A stretch of 63,357 nucleotides of DNA, counting the filler, from Octopus bimaculoides (taxonomy: Eukaryota): the NCBI RefSeq assembly GCF_001194135.2. It is 4 parts of 3 records of this genome, joined end to end, with 100 filler letters (N's around TTAATTAATTAA, not from the genome) between each part and the next. Parts side by side here need not be neighbours in the genome. Positions count along the whole stretch, not along the records: positions 33,931 to 63,357 come from NC_068987.1; 3 more parts are not named here. One strand, written 5' to 3'. Positions within the stretch are counted from its first letter, which is position 1, and each line of letters opens with the position of its first letter. This document shows positions 55,701 to 63,357 of this stretch, in pieces. The notes beneath the pieces were generated by a model. The model saw only the letters and a list, made by a program, of their open reading frames with translations, ran no database searches and was not told where the DNA came from. The position numbers were made by a program, and so were the translations under genes.

Positions 55701-56038
55701 CTTGGCTACTGGTAGAACAATTGTCGTGCTGATGACGCCTATTAAAGCAGAAATACGTCTATACGTTTGTCCTCTTATCTCCAGACAATAAACCTGACCT
55801 TTTCCCCTGATGGTATGTCTGTAGAGAATTTTGATTCTTGGGATTATCTCCTCTTCTCAAGTGGAGCAAGTCATAATTGCCATTTAATAATCATGTTACA
55901 TCCTCTAGAGACGGAGAAGATTTTAATATATTAGTGACTTACGTTGTATGGTATTTGATATACCTGTGTTTGTGTATGTTGTTCAAATACATATCATTAG
56001 CCACTCTTGTTCCCACCGATTATAAGGACTTATTGTGG

Positions 56039-56174
56039 TAATTTAGCGACTGTAACTACACTCGCGTATTACATGCGTAAGCTTTGCACACTTAAATTTT
56101 ATGAAAGTAAAGTTTTGCCACTCTTGCCTGACAACGCTGCGCGATACGCACGTGTAGTTACAGTCGCTGAATTA
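56039..56174. repeat. Inverted-repeat element (possible MITE), 136 bp
   Basis: Perfect 17-bp IR AGCGACTGTAACTACAC (56045-56061) / 56152-56168. It extends outward to TAATT/AATTA and inward with 2 mismatches; TA at both ends. Confidence 0.6.
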
Positions 56175-57169
56175 TCGTTAGAAGTCGTTACGAGCAGTGG
56201 AACCAGAAAGTGAACATTGAATAAACAAGTTTCATTCGTTGAAGTAGTGTCCTGAAAAGAGATACCAATTTAAGGCTATAGAATGTTTGGATGGTTGCGA
56301 ATTAACTTTGAGGCTCGTTCAAAATTACATGGATGTCTGACGATGACGAATATTTCTTGTTTTTCTGACTGGTGTACCCACAACATAATAAGCATTAATA
56401 AAAACGGGAGATTAGTCGGACATTTAACAATTATTTCCCTTTGATACCAGCTTCTCCAAACTTCTTAGAGGCAAAGAGTGAGTGAAGAAGTGAGAACGAA
56501 ACGAAACAAAATTTTAATAGACTATATTTCCACATGAAATTAGGCATACTTTTCAAAGACCCAAACGGGCCGCAGTTTGCTTATGACTGTTCTGCACAGA
56601 CTTCACGATGTAGTACCAGGTAGTGACTCTCATAGCTTCTGATCTTAACTGATTGGAAATGTTATCACATAAATGTTTTTTTCTTGGTGTAAAAGATGGT
56701 TTACAGCAAATATTCTGCTCAGTACCACAGATTTGCTAGTCAGTTGCTTAACCTTAATCAGTTGAGCATGCCCATTAGTGGCTGACGATATGTGCATCTC
56801 TGATCACGAACACGAGTAGTTTAGAAGCATCGTACCCATGTGTCGAGAGAAATTGATTGGTGTTTGAATAATTCATGACTGGAAACATGGGTGTTTTGTC
56901 CATCATCGTTAAACAACTCTTATTCAATGGTATTTTGAGTGGTATGGGCGACACGACCTGAAGGAAATTCTAACTGGGCCCCACCTGCAAGGTCATGCGC
57001 TGTTTATCTTGATATGAGATCACTATGTCGCGCACATATGGTTGTGATGTATGTGCCTGGTGTGCCCTTATCTGACGAGTAGTTTTGATGGGTATACTGA
57101 GCTTCGTATATTTTACCCGTGTCACTTTGATGGCATGCACTGCTCTCTCACTCAACAGTAATAATAATC

Positions 57170-57372
57170 CTTTCTACTATGAGCCCAAGGCCTGATATTT
57201 TAGGGGACAGGGTAATCAATCTCATCGACCCCTGAGCTTGGCTTATTTTATCGACTCCGAAAGCATGAAAGATAGTCAACCTCATCGGATTTTGAACTCA
57301 AAACGTAAAGATGGACGAATTATCGCTAAGCATTTTGTGCGGCGTGCTAACGATTCTACCAGTTCTCTGCCT

Positions 57373-57422
<50 letters not shown>

Positions 57423-58082
57423 CCAGAAACGTAAAAAGCTGGAAAATTGTTTCGAGGCATTTTGTTCAACGCTCTAAGAATTCTGCTAATTCACTACCCT
57501 ATGTAATTTTCAATTTAGGCAGAAATTCAAGTCTCAAGGAAAGGCATTTGCTGATGAAATGACTGGTACATTATTTTCTCGACGTCCGAAGTTACCTTCA
57601 GTTGGCTGTGATTATTTCACAAGTCTCCAGTCTTTCTTCAAACTTTCCGTACTTCGCATAACCGTAAGAGTAAGCAGGTTTGAGAACCTCTGCTTGAGAT
57701 CATCGTATCAGGAGTCAACAAAATAACATACTCTTTACTACAAAGAGACGCAAACACTAACTTTACACCAGACACAATAGGGCAAACATTACAATAAAAT
57801 AAACCGATGTTGCATACAGATTCTGCACTTGAAAAGCACAATGTTTGCTGCACCCAGCTCGGGTACATCGGGTAATGAGGTACAAACTAATGTACAAGGT
57901 ATGAAATTTTGGGTTGATCTTCGATTAAATCTACTCCAGTACATCAACTGTTGTTTGTTTTATCAATCTCGAAAGGGTGGAAGGCAAACACCGACCTCAG
58001 AGGGATTTAAAATCAGAACATAAAACTGGAAAAATGCCGCTAAGCATTTTGTCTGGCGCGCTAGCCATTCTGCCAGCTCGCT
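57170..58082 (-). mobile_element. SINE family A copies (about 57170-57373 and 57900-58082)
   Basis: Family A consensus on the minus strand. Further copies lie near 23005-23165, 25248-25400, 43735-43855 and 50578-50705. Confidence 0.7.
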
Positions 58083-59774
58083 ATTTTCAGGTAAAAACTA
58101 ATATAAACCCTCAAAATACAATGAAGACACAAGACTAGTAAAGATTAGTCGATTAAATAACTTATGTTCTGCATCTGGGCGCAGGAGTGTCTGTGTGGTA
58201 AGAAGCTTGTTTCCCAGCCACATGGTTCCGGGTTCAGTCAGTGGCACCTTGGGCGAGTGTTTTAGTCGAAGAAATCGCCTCCGGAACTTATTCTTTGTAA
58301 GCNNNNNNNNNNNNNNNNNNNNNNNNNNNNNNNNNNNNNNNNNNNNNNNNNNNNNNNNNNNNNNNNNNNNNNNNNNNNNNNNNNNNNNNNNNNNNNNNNN
58401 NNNNNNNNNNNNNNNNNNNNNNNNNNNNNNNNNNNNNNNNNNNNNNNNNNNNNNNNNNNNNNNNNNNNNNNNNNNNNNNNNNNNNNNNNNNNNNNNNNNN
58501 NNNNNNNNNNNNNNNNNNNNNNNNNNNNNNNNNNNNNNNNNNNNNNNNNNNNNNNNNNNNNNNNNNNNNNNNNNNNNNNNNNNNNNNNNNNNNNNNNNNN
58601 NNNNNNNNNNNNNNNNNNNNNNNNNNNNNNNNNNNNNNNNNNNNNNNNNNNNNNNNNNNNNNNNNNNNNNNNNNNNNNNNNNNNNNNNNNNNNNNNNNNN
58701 NNNNNNNNNNNNNNNNNNNNNNNNNNNNNNNNNNNNNNNNNNNNNNNNNNNNNNNNNNNNNNNNNNNNNNNNNNNNNNNNNNNNNNNNNNNNNNNNNNNN
58801 NNNNNNNNNNNNNNNNNNNNNNNNNNNNNNNNNNNNNNNNNNNNNNNNNNNNNNNNNNNNNNNNNNNNNNNNNNNNNNNNNNNNNNNNNNNNNNNNNNNN
58901 NNNNNNNNNNNNNNNNNNNNNNNNNNNNNNNNNNNNNNNNNNNNNNNNNNNNNNNNNNNNNNNNNNNNNNNNNNNNNNNNNNNNNNNNNNNNNNNNNNNN
59001 NNNNNNNNNNNNNNNNNNNNNNNNNNNNNNNNNNNNNNNNNNNNNNNNNNNNNNNNNNNNNNNNNNNNNNNNNNNNNNNNNNNNNNNNNNNNNNNNNNNN
59101 NNNNNNNNNNNNNNNNNNNNNNNNNNNNNNNNNNNNNNNNNNNNNNNNNNNNNNNNNNNNNNNNNNNNNNNNNNNNNNNNNNNNNNNNNNNNNNNNNNNN
59201 NNNNNNNNNNNNNNNNNNNNNNNNNNNNNNNNNNNNNNNNNNNNNNNNNNNNNNNNNNNNNNNNNNNNNNNNNNNNNNNNNNNNNNNNNNNNNCGTTTGT
59301 TTATGCAGTCGGCACTTAATGTATATCGGCTGAATGGACGTCAGTGATTGGTCGAAATTACAGAAATACGACAACTTTAACATGGAATAACTTAAGGATT
59401 TCTTTTTTTTTTAAGAAGACTAAGAGAAAAAGATGTTTTATATGACACATTCTACCAGTGTTCCAAGTTTCAAAGTGTTTCGTTAATGAAAAATGTGGCC
59501 CCCGTTTTAAAAAAGATCCCAAATTAAATAAAATTTGGAATTTTGCGGAGGGTGAAAATTGGTGACAAAAACAGGACGGCGAAAACAAACAGGAAGGGCT
59601 GCTGAGCCTAAACGAGGTGAGGTGGCGAACGCGGAGGAGTAAGCTTGGACAACAGACAGACAAGAATGCCTCTGATCGCTCCAGCTGAGTCAGGTTATTA
59701 TATTATTATATGATTGAAAGCCACGCATCCATTTCCAAGTAAGTTTTATCTATCTATCTATCTATGTGTGTGTG

Positions 59775-59905
59775 TACGACGGGCTTCTTTCAGTTTCCGT
59801 CTACTAAATCCACTCACAAGGCTTTGGTCGGCTCGAAGCTAGAGTAGAAGAAGACACTTGCCCAAAGTGCCACGTAGTAGGATTGAACCCGAAACCATGT
59901 GCCTG
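59775..59905 (-). mobile_element. SINE family B copy
   Basis: Reverse complement of the family B body, with its tail in a (TG)/(TATC) microsatellite. Confidence 0.75.
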
Positions 59906-60056
59906 CATTTTATATATATAATATATATTAATACACCATTATAACATGTCACGATACAAACATACGCATGCTTGCGTACATACACATAAAAAAATAATAA
60001 AATACAAAAACTAATACAAAAAATGAAACAAAACTTCAACGAAAATAGACAAATGA

Positions 60057-60105
<49 letters not shown>

Positions 60106-60428
60106 CAGAGAAACAAGTGTACAAACCTGTTGGCTGGCCGGTGTAGAAGACGAGGAATGGTTAGCTAGATCCTGTTTGAGTCCTTCTGTACTTGTAGACA
60201 TGTTCTTAGTGTTATAAATATTTTTGTGAGAACCTGGGTGGTTGGGTAGCAGCAACAGTATTGTAGAGGTGACGTCGAAAAAGTTCCCTTAAATACAACA
60301 GCAACATGTAGATTGCTGTGTGTTTGTAGTTGATGTGAGTTTATGAATGACATCCGTTGCGACATCGACACATACACACACACACACACACATACATACA
60401 TACATTCATACATTCATACATACATACA

Positions 60429-60466
<38 letters not shown>

Positions 60467-61087
60467 NNNNNNNNNNNNNNNNNNNNNNNNNNNNNNNNNN
60501 NNNNNNNNNNNNNNNNNNNNNNNNNNNNNNNNNNNNNNNNNNNNNNNNNNNNNNNNNNNNNNNNNNNNNNNNNNNNNNNNNNNNNNNNNNNNNNNNNNNN
60601 NNNNNNNNNNNNNNNNNNNNNNNNNNNNNNNNNNNNNNNNNNNNNNNNNNNNNNNNNNNNNNNNNNNNNNNNNNNNNNNNNNNNNNNNNNNNNNNNNNNN
60701 NNNNNNNNNNNNNNNNNNNNNNNNNNNNNNNNNNNNNNNNNNNNNNNNNNNNNNNNNNNNNNATACACACACACACGGACACACACACACGCATACGTGA
60801 AATAGATACAAATTACAAACATAAATGCATCTTCTCTCTCAGGTTGTCTAGCCTTCACTTACGCGCACAGGTTCAATCACACACACACACACACGCTCTC
60901 TCTCTCTCTCTCTCCCTACCTCCTTCTGTCTCTCACTCTTTTTCCCCTCTCACTTCCTCTCTCTCACTTCCTCTCTCCTCTTTCTCTTTCTTCTCTCTCA
61001 TTCCCTCTCACCATTTCTTCTCTGTCTCACTCACTCACTCTCTCTCACTTTCTCTCTCTCTCACTTTCTCTCTCTCTNNNNNNNNNN

Positions 61088-61134
<47 letters not shown>

Positions 61135-61502
61135 ACAATCGCATACATATACGGGGACACAAAGAACACACACATTTTGTTCTTTGTACATATTCGCACA
61201 AATGTGCGCGCGCGCGCACCACTGCTACAACTACTACTGTTGTTGCTGCTGCTGCTGATATATATATATTTTTGCCAGTGGGGCTTCTGATGATATCATT
61301 ACAAGGACAGTTTACAATTGGTGGTGGGGAAAGGATACATAAAAAGATGCGAGCAAGAAAGGGAAGAGAAGGAAGAGATGGAATAAGTGTACATAGTATA
61401 CAAAATATTTGAACACATGGGCGATGCAGTCCCCCTTATACAGAATAGCCTCCAACAAGGGTCAATCAAGGAACACCACAGATCCAGGATAGCCCTGACC
61501 AC

Positions 61503-61751
61503 TACAGGCACAAACCCTCGTTGTCCTCCGATCTACAGGCACAAACCCTCGTTGTCCTCCGGTCTACAGGCACACNNNNNNNNNNCACAAACCCTCGTTG
61601 TCCTCCGATCTACAGGCACAAACCCTCGTTGTCCTCCGGTCTACAGGCACAAACCCTCGTTGTCCTCCGGTCTACAGGCACAAACCCTCGTTGTCCTCCG
61701 ATCTACAGGCACAAACCCTCGTTGTCCTCCGGTCTACAGGCACACGCTTAT
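61503..61751 (+). repeat. 31-bp minisatellite, about 7-8 copies
   Basis: Unit CTACAGGCACAAACCCTCGTTGTCCTCCG(A/G)T, head to tail with no spacers; one 10-N gap inside. Confidence 0.92.
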
Positions 61752-61789
61752 AATAAGTTCATTCACGTCGACCATTTTTACCAGTCACC

Positions 61790-62380
61790 CACCTTTTGAC
61801 AAATTTCTTGGTAGAGAGCACGCCCTTTCCGCCCTCACTTTCCTTTCTAAGCGGAACTTGTAAAAGGTCGTTGAGGGCTTAACTGAAAAGGAAGTTTCCG
61901 TCTTCAATTGTTTCAGCCTCGATCGCTACATGATCACTTTTGCCACCGACACGAGGCAGTGAAACACTGCCTGCCCTGCCTTGTTAAAGGTGGATGGCTG
62001 GACGATTCTCACAATGAACACGACCGATAGCGGGATTCGTCCTAAAAAACACAAATGTCTTCTTTATTAAACACAAGGTTTAACTAAAAGACCCAGCACG
62101 GTACAGGACGCTTCAGAGTGTGACTTCATAAATATTTGTTCAGAAAGTGGGATATAGCAAAACAGAAAAATCAAACTTAGAAAAATCTCCTTAAAGGGTG
62201 AGAACATCGATGGATAGTTGTGGAAATCCCCTAAAACCATAGTCACCTTAACCACTAGGACAAGACCCCTCTCCAAGCTGTTCTCCTCCAGTCTACAGAC
62301 AAATATCCAGAGCAGGCCTGTGCAATCGGACTATGTTCTCCGCTTACCTTTCAACAAGATTGTTGATAGGTAGCACATTC
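61790..62380 (+). pseudogene. Possible decayed gag-like ORF1 of an I/Jockey-type LINE
   Basis: One frame gives KFL...KVVEGL...RYMITF...ALLKVDG...MNTTDSGI...LRKISLKGENIDG...KTIVTLT, with several stops. Resemblance judged by eye. Confidence 0.35.
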
Positions 62381-62674
62381 CTTCTCCTCCTTCATTTTCC
62401 ACACGAAAGTGACGAAACAATCTTTACAATGAACTCAGCAGATAGCCGGATCCAACCCATTCCTGATAGCAGGGGTTCCACATAACTCTACGAGACACCA
62501 ATTCTTGTGTGTGTGTGTGTGTGTGCTCGTGCGGGTATTATTAATATGCGTCGTGTTACTGCCTACATTTCTTGTATAGTTTCTTCTCGTACCATTTTAT
62601 GAATGTCATTTGTGATATGCGTGTACTGAATTCCAGATTCTACGTATGTTATAAGACTACCATCATTGAGTGTG

Positions 62675-62990
62675 TAGGTGCGTGTTGTAGTGGATAGGGT
62701 ATTCGGCTCACGGTCATAAGGTCGCGAGTTCGATCATGTCCTTGAGTAAGACACTTTATTTTACATTGTTTCACTCCACTCATCTGGTAAAAATTAGTAA
62801 ATCCTGTAAACTAAAGGAATAACCTTGTTACACTTTGTGTTATGTTAAGTCCTCCTTAAGAACTACGATAAGGGTGCGCGTATCTGTGGAGTGTTCAGCC
62901 ACTTTCACGTTATTTTCACCACAGTCTGTTCGGTTGACTGAATCTGCTGGAATACATATCGTCGTTGCCGACGGAGTGCCAGGTCACCAC
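62675..62990 (+). mobile_element. SINE family C copy
   Basis: GTAGTGGATAGGGTATTCGGCTCACGGTCATAAGGTCGCGAGTTCGATC head; body TAAGGG...GTCTGTGGAGT..TCAGCCACTT.CACGTTA shared with 18545-18850. Confidence 0.75.
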
Positions 62991-63124
62991 CACAGCAAAA
63001 TATTAAGCCTAGGAGAATATTGGGTATCCTATGTTCCGGTAAAAATGTTTTTTGAATCTCTTGAATTATTGTGACCTGAATGTTATATGTGGCGATAAAG
63101 GTTTTAGTTCCATAGTGGTGTAAG

Positions 63125-63280
63125 GCGTAGCTGTGTAATAAGAAGCTTGTTTTCCAACCACATGGCTACAAGTTCAGTCCCACTACATGGCACCTTGAGC
63201 AAGTGTCTTCTGCTATAGCCTCGGCCGACCAAAACCTTGTGAGTGGATTTGTTTGAAAGAAACCGAAACATGCCCAACGT
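63125..63280 (+). mobile_element. SINE family B copy
   Basis: GCTGTGTAATAAGAAGCTTG...AGTTCAGTCCCACT...GCACCTTGAGCAAGTGTC...GGCCGACCAAAACCTTGTGAGTGGATTTG, then (GT)n. Confidence 0.78.
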
Positions 63281-63324
63281 GTATATGTGTGTGTGTGTGC
63301 GTGTGCGTGTGCGTGCGTGGGTGC

Positions 63325-63357
<33 letters not shown>

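Noticed and set aside
61503-61751. 31-bp direct repeats as a CRISPR array
   Set aside because: The units are contiguous with no unique spacers, there are no cas genes, and the context is eukaryotic.

Overview
Eukaryotic, AT-rich draft-assembly DNA with many N gaps, dense microsatellites and many transposable elements. The repeat families look cephalopod (Octopus-like); this species call is inference. I can reconstruct one protein-coding gene: a minus-strand SLC16/monocarboxylate-transporter-family MFS protein. Its five in-phase GT-AG coding exons are 55081-54790, 51909-51766, 50114-49755, 43328-43056 and 39041-38916 (about 398 aa, TM1-TM11). I could not locate the start-codon exon or the terminal TM12 exon. 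The rest is mostly decayed mobile DNA: five distinct mariner (DD34D) transposase relics, several TA-flanked MITEs or fold-back elements, a restriction-like-endonuclease LINE tail nested in a mariner, probable Penelope and LINE ORF1 relics, and at least three tRNA-head SINE families in many copies. Nearly all long ORFs in the supplied track are microsatellite or gap artefacts. The most interesting extra signals are minimal Penelope-type hammerhead-ribozyme-like motifs (one with an intact core, on the sense strand of an MCT intron), several long near-perfect hairpins in and around the MCT transcription unit, and an unclassified, locally amplified module of about 170 bp. I find no CRISPR array, rRNA or true tRNA, and no clear evidence of a wholly new multi-gene system.
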